Of a stretch of 64,000 bases of DNA, positions 1-12,301 are shown in pieces. This stretch comes from Camelus ferus (lineage: Eukaryota). The notes under the pieces were generated by a model, which saw nothing but the letters and a program-made list of their open reading frames with translations, did no database searches and was not told the DNA's origin. The translations under genes and the position numbers were made by a program. The number at the start of each line of letters is the position of its first letter. The first letter of the stretch is position 1. Location: positions 61,692,001 through 61,756,000 of the forward strand of contig NC_045707.1 of assembly GCF_009834535.1 (NCBI RefSeq), in the 5' to 3' direction.

Positions 1-420
1 TCATTCATTAAAGCCCTTAGTTCACACTTGTTCTCTGTGTTGCACATTCTGTAGTTTTGATAAATGCATAATGACATATATCCATCATTATAATATCACA
101 CAGAATGTATTCACTCTGCTGAAAAATCCCCTATGACTGTGCTCCACTTTGTCATCCCTTCCTCCCTCCCACAAGCTCCTGGTAATCATTGATCTTTTTA
201 CTCTCTCCATAGTTTTGCCTTTTAGCAAGATGTATTTAAGTTTCTTCCATGTCTTTTAGTGATTTGATAGCTTATTATTTTTCCATCACTGAATAATATT
301 CCATTGTGGAAAAGTACCACAATTTGTTTATCCACTCACTTATTGAAGGTATCTTGGTCATTTCCAAGATTTAGAAATAAACGCCGATACAGACTTTTGT
401 ATGGACAGATTTCATTCCTT
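1..420 (-). mobile_element. Old L1 (L1MC-like) 3' fragment
   Basis: gttttgataaatgcataatgacatatatccatcattata...aaaaatcccc resembles the antisense L1MC 3' UTR. The same motif recurs at the end of the window. Confidence 0.65.
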
Positions 421-873
421 ATTTTTTAATTTTTTAATTTTTTTTTCTTGAAGTAAAGTTGATGTACAGTATTATATGTTACAGGTATACAATATAGTGA
501 TTCACAATTTTTAAAGTTATATTCTGTTTATAGTTATTGTAAGATATTGGCTATCTTCCCTGTGTTTTACAGTATATTCTTATAGCTTATGTTATGCTAA
601 ATAGTTTGTAACTCTTAAACCTCTCTCCCTGCCTTGGCCTTCCCCCCTTCCCTCTTCCCACTTCTAACCACTAGTTTGTTCTTTAGATCTGTGAATCTTT
701 TTTCTTTTTTCCTATATTCACTAGTTTGTTGCATATTTTAGATTCCACATATAAGTGATATCATACAGTATTTGTCTTTCTCTGACTTATTTCACTTAGC
801 ATAATCCGCTCCAAGTCCATCCATGTTGTTGCAAATGGCAAAATTTGATTCTTTTTTATGCCTGAGTAGTATT

Positions 874-925
<52 letters not shown>

Positions 926-1112
926 TACCATATTTTCTTTATTTATTCATGTGTTGATGGACACTTAGGTTACTTCCATATCTTGGCAATTGTACATAAT
1001 GCTGCTATAAACATTGGGGTGTGTGTATCTTTTCAAATTAGTGGGCTTTCTCTTTTTAGACATATACTCAGGAGTAGAATTGCTGGGTCATATGGTGGTT
1101 CTATTTTTAGAT
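421..1112 (-). mobile_element. L1 3' end (3' UTR plus end of ORF2), 5'-truncated
   Basis: T-rich tail, then ttgaagtaaagttgatgtacagtatta..., then the L1 ORF2-end motif ttcacttagcataat...ccatccatgttgttgcaaatggcaaaattt. Confidence 0.85.
876..922. repeat. (TG)~23 microsatellite inside L1
   Basis: Perfect dinucleotide run; it explains the VCVC pseudo-ORF. Confidence 0.97.
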
Positions 1113-2759
1113 TTACATTTCTGTAAATTAAATTATTCTCCATAATTTAAAGTGGAAATTCCTTAAGGGCTTGAGAATAGTGAGGATATTACTTACACTT
1201 TAAACATTATGAGTTGAACTTGACTTAAAATTCTTCTCTCAATCTATGAATTGCAGAATTTTTTCAAATTCCTAAGTCTGGCTAAGCTCATTTCCTAAAT
1301 GCTTAAGGGTAGTAGAATAATGATAACAGGAGTGAGGATGTGCTTTTGCCACCTTTTCTTATTCCTTGGTCTTTTATTACACATCCTTTTAATCTTATTA
1401 TTGCATAATTAGTCACTTGCTTTTACAGTCACTCAGTCTTTCTTCTGAAGAAATAAACCATTTTTTTTCCCTTTGATATGGGTCCTTTGAGTAACAAATT
1501 GACCATATGCTTTTTTTCTATATGCAACAAAAATATATTACTTAAGCATTAAGAACCATAAGGGGACTTAGACAATTTTTATCAGAAGAATATCTTAAAC
1601 AAATGTTATGAGAAAACTCAATGACTAAAGATAAATACAGATTTGCTTTGGTAGAAAAAAAGGAGAATCCACTGGGATTCTTTCCTACTTTCCCCACTTC
1701 CTCAAAACTGTTTCTAAAATATTTTCATGAAATCAACAATATTAGAAAACATTAATCTCATTCACTCTTCTCAGTCTGAATCTCCTATAAGCATGGGGAA
1801 TTAAAGTGTATCTTTATTTCTAAAGGGAAATAAAATTGAGCTGAGCTGATTGCAGTTGATTTGGTTGGAAGTGGCATTAAGTGGTTGAAAGTGCACATTG
1901 TGGGATTTGTCCATTTTGGTATATGGAGAAAATTAAGGACTCCAGCCAAGCTGTGGATGGCCTGTTGTAGGGAGAGGGTGAAACTTGAACTCTATTGAGT
2001 CAACCATAGCTTCACCCTCTTACCAAAAGCCATTCTAAGTTACTTCCTCAAATAATTGTGTCTTTGAGCATCTTATTTGAAATAGATTCCTATATAGTTG
2101 GTGAAATCACAAAGTACCCATCCACATTAGTATCTAATGGAATAAGAATAAAATATTATAATTATAATAGGGAAGTGAAAATTAGGAAATTAAAGAAAAC
2201 TAAGGTTACTTGTTAGATTAAGTAAACCAATTATTTAAGAACATGATTAGCTCCATCCCTTCATTCTCTCAACAGTTGCTGTTGCAGTCTTTGAGGGATG
2301 CTTATAAATAACGTTTAAAAAATTTGTTCTGAAAAATAAGACAGATAATGAATAGACAGAGATCCAAAAATATTACCTCTAGTACTAATAAAGGTGGAAG
2401 TGGGGAATATAGCTTAGATGCAAGGGCAAAGTGGGTTTCCTAATCCTGCAGACCAGGCGCTGAGTAGAAGTCATGTTCCCTGTAGTTAGGTGGCTTTAGA
2501 TAAAAGGAAGAAACATTTATTCAATTTCACAGGAGGAGACCCAAGTTTATATTTGTACAGATGTAGGCAGGTTGCTGAATATGACTGCAGCAGGAGGTGG
2601 AAATTCTCTTCTGATTGTTTTCATTTTCTTTGTAGTAAAATAATATACCATCAAACTGAGAGCAAGAAAGAAAGGGAAGACACCTGTAAAAATAAAAGAA
2701 AACAAGTGCAATAATTATTTGGGAGGGTAAAGAGTTTGAGAGAGAGATTTGACTAGGAA

Positions 2760-2910
2760 CAGCACTGGCAACACAATTTGCAGGCCCGGGGAAAAATTCA
2801 AAATGTGAGAGTTCTGTTAATAAATTATTAAAAAATTTAAGACAGTGACAGCTGTGCATGAAACCAAGCATGGGCCCTTCTAAGTGCAGGCCTTGTGCAA
2901 ATACACCTGC
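2760..2910. mobile_element. hAT DNA transposon fossil (MER45-like)
   Basis: acaatttgcaggccc...aaaatgtgaga...attattaaaaaatttaagacagtgacagc...aaaccaagcatgggcccttctaagtgcaggccttgtgc resembles MER45A as recalled. Confidence 0.6.
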
Positions 2911-5900
2911 ACATCTTAATGTGACTAAGAGAATACAGTAGAATTACCTGCTGACACTGGGGGATCACTTAAGGATTAAAATCATAAATTGGACATGAGT
3001 GCGGTCAGTATGGCTGTATAATTTTCTTTGTTAACAGTCAGCTATATTCCGCTCTCCATCCTTACATTTCTCTGCCCTTACACGTCTGTTATCTGTAAAA
3101 CAGAGATGAATAAACACAGATCTTCCTTCAGTATTTGAATGAGCTGACAATGTACAGTCCACCATGGGAAGCACAATGCCTTTAAGACTTTCTTCTAGCA
3201 AGGGGATATGAAGTGTTGTTAATTTCTGGTTTTACCCATTGTTATTTTTAAAAGATCTAGATGTTCCTAGACTACACTGGTCTGTTTCCAAGCACAGCAG
3301 GTCACTCATCCCCTATCTCATTGTAACATCATTTTCTGTAAAGTCTTTGCAGTGGGGATTTGGGTTTTGAGAGAGAGATGCAGTTAAGTCTTTATCACTG
3401 CCAATTTCTGTTGAAAGAGCTTTCATTTGATTATTGTTCCCCCATCAGGACTGTCATGAGGACAAATACAGGTAATTAATCATTATCAGTTCTGATTCAA
3501 TTAAAAAAATTCCTGGAAACTTCTCAATATCTGCTTGAATTGCCCTTATGGAAATCTTGCTGTTAGAAAGTTGAAAGTTCTTGTTAAATGGAAACAAGGA
3601 TTTTATGAGCCAGACATTTCTCTGGAAAAGGGAAGTGCTATAATTGATTTAAATGAGAAGGCAAAATATTACTGAATATAATTTTGAGGGGATGGAGGAG
3701 AATTTTGCTATTCAGGTTCAACTTCTAAGCTAGGAGAATATGAGAATAGGTACATTTATTTATATGCATACAAGAGCAGAATAATTTTGCTGTATTACCT
3801 TTAACAAGCAGGCTATTCACTCAACTTGAGAATGACAGTTCATTCAAACTATGTATTGTCTTGGTAGCAACGTGTTACGGTGATCCACTTATAAAATATT
3901 AGTTGGTGGAATATTTGATGTTAGTGTAGGAGGAGCAGACAACTTTAATTTTTACTATGTACTTTGTGTACATTTACATTTTATGTAGTTGAAAAATCAA
4001 AAGACAACTTTACAAGGGAAATCGTATTTAACTCTACTTTTAACAAGCAGAAAGTTTTACACACCCAAACTGTGAACTAGTCATTAAATATGCTGGATTG
4101 GTGTTCTGAACCTCAACCCAAAAGGGAGGCAACAGTGTGCTATTCAATGAATTGGAAAATAACCAAAATGTACAAAAGAAGACCTAGTAAAGCATTACAC
4201 TGAGCCTATGCGTTGTTATAAATTAAAAATGCGTTAAACTGAGCTTTTAAAGTGGGACCTTCTAGTAGAGCAGCCTCACATTAGCTGTCTTCTTGCAGGT
4301 CAGTACATATGTGTTTTACTAACTGGAGATAATAAGGATTCTAAACTTTTTTTTTTTTTTCTGAAAAGCTTGAATCTTTTGTGTGTAACCATAGGCCTTA
4401 GTGGCCATTGGTCATTTAAATTAAAGCCAAATTAGTGCACTAAGCTCTAGTCAGTGCAAGGTTGTGCTCCACACCTAAATATAGGCCCTGATGTAAATTT
4501 AGTATCTTTGACAACTTTATTACCTCTTTTAATTTAAGAATAATTTACTTTCATTATGCTCCTGTCTATCCTTCTGGATGAAATTAGTGCTCTTATCCCT
4601 GAATAAACTGAAAAAGGGCTTCAAGTCTCTTACTCTTCCACAAACCCATGGGTAACTGATCAGTGGTGAAGAGGTCTGATTTTAAAGAATGAATGTTCCA
4701 TCTGGAAACATCAGGCTCGCTGGGTCATTAGCACCTCACAGAGATTGACTTTTCTACAATCACGTGATGGCAGGAACATATTTTAACATAAGTTTTTCTT
4801 TTTATGGGTATAAACTGATCTCGTAACATATGCGGAGTTGACACAACTGAGACAATTGACACTGTGAAAAAAAAGAAAACAGATTTAAAAAAAAGATCTT
4901 CTTGAATTTCATTTAATTTATGAATTGCTGCCATTCTGTCTGAATATGCACAATTTCTTCTTATGTTTATAGTTGTCAGAGTATTTTTGGGTCTTTGAGT
5001 TCATAAAGTGATAAAAGGAACAATTTTAGTTGCTGTATTGGTTTCTCTCCACTCTCTGTCCTCATTATTTTTTCCCAGAGGTTTTAAGTATAAGGGAGGG
5101 AACAGATATCTATTAAACCAGTTAACCAATTTAAAAAAAAACAATTAAAAAATACGAAGTTTAAATTACAATCACATACTGGATTCATGACCTTTTAAAG
5201 TTACAGTCATTCTCATGGTTTGTGGTGAACTGATTTGATGAACAGATTTGTGATGAACTGATTGAACAAAATATGCAAGAATGACTTCTACTGCAGTATG
5301 ATAAGCTTGTTCATATATTAGGTTTAATTCTGAGCAAAGCTATTAATTTGTGCCTTTTATTCAAATATTGTTGTCTTCAGGACTAAAATGTAGTATTTGA
5401 TATGTGTTTCCTTTGGAGACTGTGACAGAAATATGAAGAGGTGGGGGAAGGGAAGACTGACAGTTATTTGTTTATTTTACTTAACTGTAAAATTTTAATT
5501 TTTTAAATCATTATTGCTTTGAGTTTTGTACAACTGGTTGTCATAATCATCACTTTCCCAAGGGAGAGTCTCATTCTTCAGAAATAGATGTCTTTGCTAA
5601 ATTTTCCTTGAAGATATTTATACGAGTTGTCATCAATGAATTTTAATGCAAACTGGAGTAAAATATATTTGAATATGTTTGCAAGGCAATGAAAAATAAG
5701 CCCCAGAGAAGTGCTACACTGATTAATACATTTTTACAAATAACTTTATGTTGACTATGTAAGCATTAGTCTGTTTCCCTATTTAAACTATCAAAATTTT
5801 GTCAAGAAAATTTGAAAACCAGATTTTTTTATACTGCAGGGGAATTATACATGCTGACTATATCCTGTATTTAAATTAAGGACTTCAGTTGTTCAGTGTG

Positions 5901-5996
5901 ATCTTTTGGGGAGAGACATGGAGAAGTTTCACCTGGCCTTTCATCTGCCTTTGACTTTGTCATTTAATCGTTGCTTTCATCCTGAATAATACAGGG

Positions 5997-6151
5997 CAGT
6001 GTTTTTAAGTTTTGAGTTATCTGGGGAGATTGTTAAAATGCAGATCAGGCCCTACCTCCAAAATTCAGATTCTTCCAGGAATCTGTACTTCAAACAAGTA
6101 TTTCAGGTGGGTCTGAAATGTGATTCAGGGCACACGTTTTGAGGCATATGA
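5997..6151. mobile_element. MER5-like hAT-Charlie fossil
   Basis: cagtgtttttaag...ctggggagattgttaaaatgcagat...ccaggaatctgtacttcaaacaagt...caggtg is a typical MER5A layout. Confidence 0.55.
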
Positions 6152-6880
6152 TTATAACAGAATAAAGCTGGTATTTGAGGGAAATCTTATAGAAGTACAA
6201 TGCTTATATTATTTCCTTCGATTAACTAGTAACCACAATTGAGTTGTTGAACATTTGCCATAAATGACAAAGTAATTGAGGTCTTGTAATTTCTGGCTTA
6301 CAACCAAAGTAGGTAGTATTTGCATATATCTTCAAGGACACAGTTTTATATTTGCCAGCAGTCCTTATGGCATTCTGTTCTGTTATGGTTCTCAAAAATA
6401 ACCGTAAAGATTTTTGCCACCAGTGAGAGAGAATTCTCTACATATTCTAACAACTTCTAAATTCTGTTTCAAAAGCAAAATGAAACAAAAATAAACACAT
6501 AGTTTGCATTGTACAAACTGAAGACCTTCCAATTGGAGCAACTTAATACCTGAATTTCCACCTATTTCTATGAGGACAAAAGTACTATTTAAAAGACATC
6601 TCTTTTTATAAATTGCTTTTCGATCACTAAAATGTTTTTCAAAACAGGACTGTGTGTGAGGAAAGCTGAGATTCAGGAAGATTCACTTGTTAGGACAACC
6701 TCAAATAGATGTTATGGTCATTCAGCCAATTTCTTTCTTTTGCTAATAACAAGTTGCCTTTATTAAATCAAAAGGCAGCTTGTTTTTGAAGGCTGTTCCT
6801 AAAAATTGTTGCTACATGAAGAGCTGAAAAAAATAAACTCAAATAATTAAAAAGCTTAAATGAAAGTTAAGAATGAAAAT

Positions 6881-7198
6881 GAGTGAAGGTGGTCAAAATG
6901 TACGAAGTTCCAGTTATAAGATAAGTAAGTGTTAGGGATGTAATGTACAACATGACAAATATAATTAACACTGCTGTACATTATATATGAAAAGAGTAAA
7001 TCCTAAGAGTTCTCATCACAAGGAAAAATATTGTTTTTCTGTTTCTTTAATGTTGTATCTATATGAGATGATGGATGTTCACTAAACTCATTGTGGTCAC
7101 CACTTCATGATGTATGTAAGGTCAAAACATTATGCTGTACACCTTAAACTTATATAGTGCTATATGTCAATTATATCTCAATAAAACTGGAAGAAAAA
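6881..7198 (+). mobile_element. 5'-truncated L1 3' end (L1MA9-like) with 12-bp TSD
   Basis: L1 3' UTR motifs ending ctcaataaaactggaagaaaaa. Direct repeat aagaatgaaaat at 6869-6880 and 7199-7210, preceded by TT (endonuclease-like site). Confidence 0.88.
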
Positions 7199-8075
7199 AA
7201 GAATGAAAATTGAGATAAACCCTGTAGTAACAATATTCCAGTAATTTTTATTTAGTGGCAGTGAGGTAACATAACCAACTGGATCAGCTCAGTATTGTAA
7301 TGTGTCCAGACAATGAGGCATGCAGACTAGGGGTGTGATCTTTGCATCAGGAAGTATATGAAGTGCAATAAAAATTTTTGCACTAAATTCAGAAATCTTA
7401 TAAGAAAACAATGTAAGGTTGTGTATAGCACTGGGCTTCAACAGCGTTTGAGTTAACTTTCAGAAGGTCATTGGTATCCCGAGGCTACACCTCAGTGATA
7501 TGATTGGTCACGGCAAGTGGATGGTGCCTTGTCTGACCTATTTTCCTTCACTAGTGAAATGAAAACAGAGGGATCTTTACCAATTTGTCTATGCAGACTT
7601 CTTTCAACACGCAACTGGCGACTTGGAGGCTAAAGTCAAATTATTGATGATTTGAGGAGGAGGATGGCTAATCAACAGCAATTTATCACATGGTTTAATT
7701 TTATGCTCTAAATTATCCCTGACAGTAAATATTCTTTCCTCCACTTTATGATGGAAGAACTGAGGGTTACAAAGATGAAAGACCTTGAACTTATTTTCAG
7801 GTATTTGGAAAAGGTTTCAAAAAACCCTGAGTAGTTACCAAGGCATTGTGAGGGGTGCCAGTCGTGTGTGTAAGGGTTTATGAAGCCTCTTAGTGCTATG
7901 CTTGGGAGTTCGCCTTTCATTTTGTAGGTGGATCTGTCTTCTTATCTGTGTTCTAGGAAGGCTGCCACGGCTTTTGTCTGGGAGATAGATTAAAGTGAGA
8001 AAAAGATTGATAGGAGTGGCAGTGAGGGTGGAGAAGAGGACAAAACAAAACAAACCAAAAAAAGAACTATATGGT

Positions 8076-8274
8076 GTATATATAAAAATAGATAAAAAAA
8101 AAAAACCAACTTTCTTCTGTACCAGCACAGGGAACTGGATTTAATATCTTGTAATAACCTTTAATGAAAAAGAATATGAAAACAAATATATGTCTATTTA
8201 TGCATGACTGGAACATTATGCTGTACCTCAGAAATTAGCACATTTTACCTGACTATAGTTCAATTGAAAAAAAA
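8076..8274 (+). mobile_element. Lineage-specific L1 3' end with imperfect 15-bp TSD
   Basis: agcacagggaact...atcttgtaataacctttaatgaaaaagaatatg...gactatagttcaatt plus poly(A). Flanks are aaagaactatatggt (8061-8075) and aaagaattatgtggt (8275-8289). Confidence 0.85.
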
Positions 8275-8699
8275 AAAGAATTATGTGGTAGAAGAAATGG
8301 CACGATGAGCATTTAGAGGTATGAGGAGAGAAAGAAGAAGAAATCAAAGATGTGATTTTGAAGATTTATGCTGAGATGGCTATGGAGATGGTAGTTCCAC
8401 AAATGTAAATAGCGGAAGAAGGAAAACCGAAGCTTCCGAGAACTGTGTGTAGCAAACAAGTGGAGTTTCCAAAAGCAGTGACTTTGATGATATTTAGAAA
8501 CTTCTGGCAGAGATGTCAGGCTGTTGAAATGAGAATTTGGAGCTCCTTACAAGGTAGCATCCAAAACCTCATGGTTTATTAACAATGATAGCAATATATA
8601 ATTTAAAAAAATCCCTTTCTAGCTTATTAGAAGGTAACAAGCTGGACCTTTATACATAGGAAAATCAATGCCAAAAACAGTTGCTTCTAAAGCCTAGTT

Positions 8700-8820
8700 A
8701 GGGGCTGTCCAATGGCTGTTCCGTATTTGCACTGCCCAGTATGGCAACCACTAGCCACAGGCGTTTATTAAATACTTGAAACATGGCCAGTGAAACTGAA
8801 TTTTAAATTTTATTTACTAT
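8700..8820. mobile_element. MER3/MER33-like hAT-Charlie fragment
   Basis: gctgtccaat...gcactgcccagtatggcaaccactagccaca...acttgaaacatggccagtgaaactgaattttaaattttattt. Confidence 0.6.
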
Positions 8821-10246
8821 ATGAAATAAATGTCTTATTTATACATTTATATATTTATAATTGTATAATTTATATTTATAATCTATAACTCTAGATTTTT
8901 ATAAATATTTTAATCAGATATTTTAATATAAAACAGCATATTACTAACAATTCAGAGATCACAATTTGATTTGTAGTAATGCCACCCAATTCATCACTGA
9001 TTAAGAAAATGGAAGTGTTCAGTTAAGTGTAAAATTGTTAAATGTTGCATCTTCTTTTAGTTGCCCATCTCCCACTGATGTTAATGAAACATGTAGGTAA
9101 AATGATGTTCAATATTTAAAAATTCATAAATCACATTTTAATTCTGACTAGGTTTGCATTTTTATTTTTCTGGTTTCACCATAATTAAGATAATCTTTCA
9201 AAGCAGAGCCCAACTCAATTACTTATGAAATTAGAGTCTATCTTATAGTTATATTGCACAGTGTTCTAATGGAAGGTATCAGTTTGGGGGTATTTCTTAG
9301 TGAACGTGGAGACTGCAATGACGGTTTCTTATTTAACGTAAGTTTATGCGTTGATGGACTGCACGTTAAATATATTCCTTTTGTACATTACAGCAGAATT
9401 AAATAGGCACTTAATTTTCAGTAGAATATTAACAGCAAGTAAATTACCGTGATGTACCCAATCTCCACCCACTTTTTTTTTTGCAGTTAAACTATCTATA
9501 TCTAATCTACCTGTATCAATGGAATGCTAATATAGAGCATAGTGATTTATCCTTAATTTGTGAAGCTCTTTTGCTATAAAAAACTGTAGTCAATCTTCCA
9601 GATAACAAATTAAGCCCTTTGGGCTTCAGTTCTAAAGATGGTATTATATTCTGTTGCTCACTACAGTCTTTACATATTGTGTCTTCATTATGTGTGGCAA
9701 GGGAGGCTGTTATCTAGCTACTGAGAGCAAGGACTTCTGTTTCAGGCACATTTGGGTTAGTGATATAGCATTATTATTTATTAGGTGAGTGGACTTGGAC
9801 CAGTTATCTCCCCACAAGGCTATTTTGAGGTACATTGGTAATGTTTGTATGTGAATATGACTCTAGTGACAAATTCCACATTTTATTTTTTGCGTTCGCT
9901 ACAATTTTTACTTTGAATTTCTGTGAATGAGAACAAGAACTTAAACTTTGGATGTAACGAGTACAGAAACTTCCACATTTTCAAAAACTCTCTAGTCCAT
10001 CTCCTGATCTTTTTAAGTTTTCTCTCTCATGTCCATTACTATAGAATTTCTCATTAGTTGATGTAGAGTTTTAATTAAATTAGATTTAATCCCATGGCAT
10101 TTTCATCAGTTTTTGTAAATTTTAATTGAATTATGAACATACAATACTAAGGAAAACTTGTATCAACAGCATTAGAAACTAATACAGGGCGTTCATGGAG
10201 AGCATACAGATATTTTGGCAGGGATGGGAAGGCATGGGTGTACTTG

Positions 10247-10349
10247 TAGGGTGGCCATATAATTTATCATCCAAACCTAGAAGCTCCTGAGAGTAAAAGA
10301 AGATATAAATTATGACTGTCCTGGACAAACTGTGGTTTATGGTTACCTA
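10247..10349. mobile_element. MER81-like hAT-Blackjack MITE
   Basis: Terminal inverted repeats tagggtggccata ... tatggttaccta, with internal taatttatcatccaaac and gactgtcctggacaaac. Confidence 0.7.
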
Positions 10350-10499
10350 CACACCCTAGCTAGAGGTTATGTAACTAGCCATACTTTGGGCATTGGCTCA
10401 TATGTTTTACACAAAGAGTGGAATTTTTAGTTAATCTAGGCAATTAATTAGAGATTTGGAGAGCTTCCACTGTAACTTTATGCTTGTACAATATATTAA

Positions 10500-10630
10500 T
10501 ATTGAGCTCATATTATAGACCTGACACCAAGCAAAATAATTTCATACATTACCTCATTAAATTCTCAAAGCTTATGGAGTAAATTATTTTTATTTACATT
10601 TCACAGATGTGGAAATTGAAACTTAGAACT
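10500..10630 (-). mobile_element. MIR fragment
   Basis: tacattacctcattaaattctca...catttcacagatgtggaaattgaaacttaga is the antisense MIR core. Confidence 0.55.
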
Positions 10631-11415
10631 TCATCTTTGTACAGTTTGCTGAATCCCACTGATTTCACTATATGCCAGACATGTGCTAAATACTTATGTT
10701 CATTGCCTCATTTAATCCTCATAATTACCCAACTGAATCAAGTCTCTTTAATCTCCAGTTAATATATTACCCAAATGTGTATGTGTATATATATATATAT
10801 ATATCTGATAAATGTCATAGACTGGATATAGACCCAGATCTGTCAAAAGGTTATTACTCAGTTATTCAAAATATTTCTTTCCAAAACTGACTTCTGTTAT
10901 CACGAAGTTTATGTTTCTGTCACTTGGGGCAATCAAGAGCTTAAAGGGAAAGAAAAGGGACAGTACTGGGGGCCAAAGGGTTTTAACTGGAACACAGTCT
11001 ATGTCATAGGCTTTCTTCCTCAAGATGTGTTTTGGAAAGATTCTTTGAATCAGTTTCCAGACTGTTGGGGGAAAAGGCAGCTTTGCACTGGTCTGTCTTC
11101 ATATTCTCATGCCTGGTCCCCTTCCCACCTGTGCCCATGCTTTGAAATTATTAGACTCCACAGTAACCCTGCACTCATGAATGGGGATCTGCAAATTAAC
11201 TAGCACTGTTAGCTTGGGTTTCCCCAAGATTAATCGGAAAAAGTTTAATGTGGCCAAATGGAAGTAAGGCCATGGAAAAGAAAAAACAAATGGTAACTTC
11301 CTTGAGTGATAAAAGTCATGAACCTCAAAATGAATGAAAATATTAGGAAAGATTAATTAATCAAAAAAAAAGTATCATGTCTTTACACAATTATTAGAGG
11401 TTTAAAAATGATTGG

Positions 11416-11484
11416 CATCAGAAATTGACACAACATTGTAAACTGACTATACTTCAATTTTAAAAAAAAGTTAGGAAAAAAAAA
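11416..11484 (+). mobile_element. Very short L1 3' terminal fragment
   Basis: catcagaaattgacacaacattgtaaactgactatacttcaatt plus an A-rich tail; same family as 8076 and 36922. Confidence 0.75.
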
Positions 11485-11839
11485 GATTGAAATGACCAAT
11501 CATAAGAACAATTGCTCATAAGATGGTGGTAAGACCACCAACATGTATTACTCTACTCACCTAAATTAACAGCCAAAGCCAAAGGATATATAAATCTAAA
11601 CCTCTAGAGTATTAGTTTACTCATTGGAAGAGGGGGCACATAGTAAAGCTGAGATGAGTGTTAGAAATGAGAAATCTCATCACAATTCTGCTTTCAGTTA
11701 GCTCTCAGGCCTTAGAATAAATGTGCTACGCCTCCAAACACCAGTGCCACGTTTCCTGTGGGGATGCAAGCATTAACTCTCTCTAACTCAAGGTTAGTGT
11801 GAAGATTAAACTGGCTCAACACTTTGAACATTCATTATA

Positions 11840-12025
11840 GCCTGTCTCACACAGGGTTACAATGATTTGTTTATGTGTCTTCCTTCTCAAACGCCCAAGT
11901 TCCAGAAGCACAAAGGCTAACAGAGTGTTACTTTGCATCCCCAGGACGTAACAAAGACCTTGGTACAGAGGAAGTATTTTGACGATTTCCTTTTTGTTGA
12001 ATGACTGCACGAATTTAATGAAATG
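11840..12025 (+). mobile_element. L2 3' end
   Basis: ttgtttatgtgtcttcct...ctttgcatccccaggacgtaacaaagaccttggtacagagga...ttgttgaatgact. Confidence 0.55.
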
Positions 12026-12106
12026 AGTCTCAAAATGCTGCCGAAAAGCATTGTAAAAACTAAATTTTATAGCTATTCAATTGCAATTTATGGGTTGAGC
12101 CACTTA

Positions 12107-12301
12107 CAGTCGACCCTTGATATCCGTGGGAGATTGCTTTAAGGACCCTGTGTGTGGGTACCGACATCAATGAACACTCAAGTCCCTTCTGTAGAATGGT
12201 GTAGTCCTGGGCCCTCTCTATCAGCCAATTGGGAATCTGACGTTTTCAATACAGTTGGTCGAATCTGCGGATGCGGACCCGCGGATACAGAGGGATGACT
12301 G
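12107..12301. mobile_element. MER2-group (TcMar-Tigger) non-autonomous element
   Basis: 24-bp terminal inverted repeats (cagtcgacccttgatatccgtggg / cccgcggatacagagggatgactg, 18 of 24 complementary). TA on the left flank; internal ctcaagtccctt. Confidence 0.8.

Noticed and set aside
881..1126. VCVC-repeat protein ORF
   Set aside because: Translation of a (TG)n microsatellite and antisense L1.
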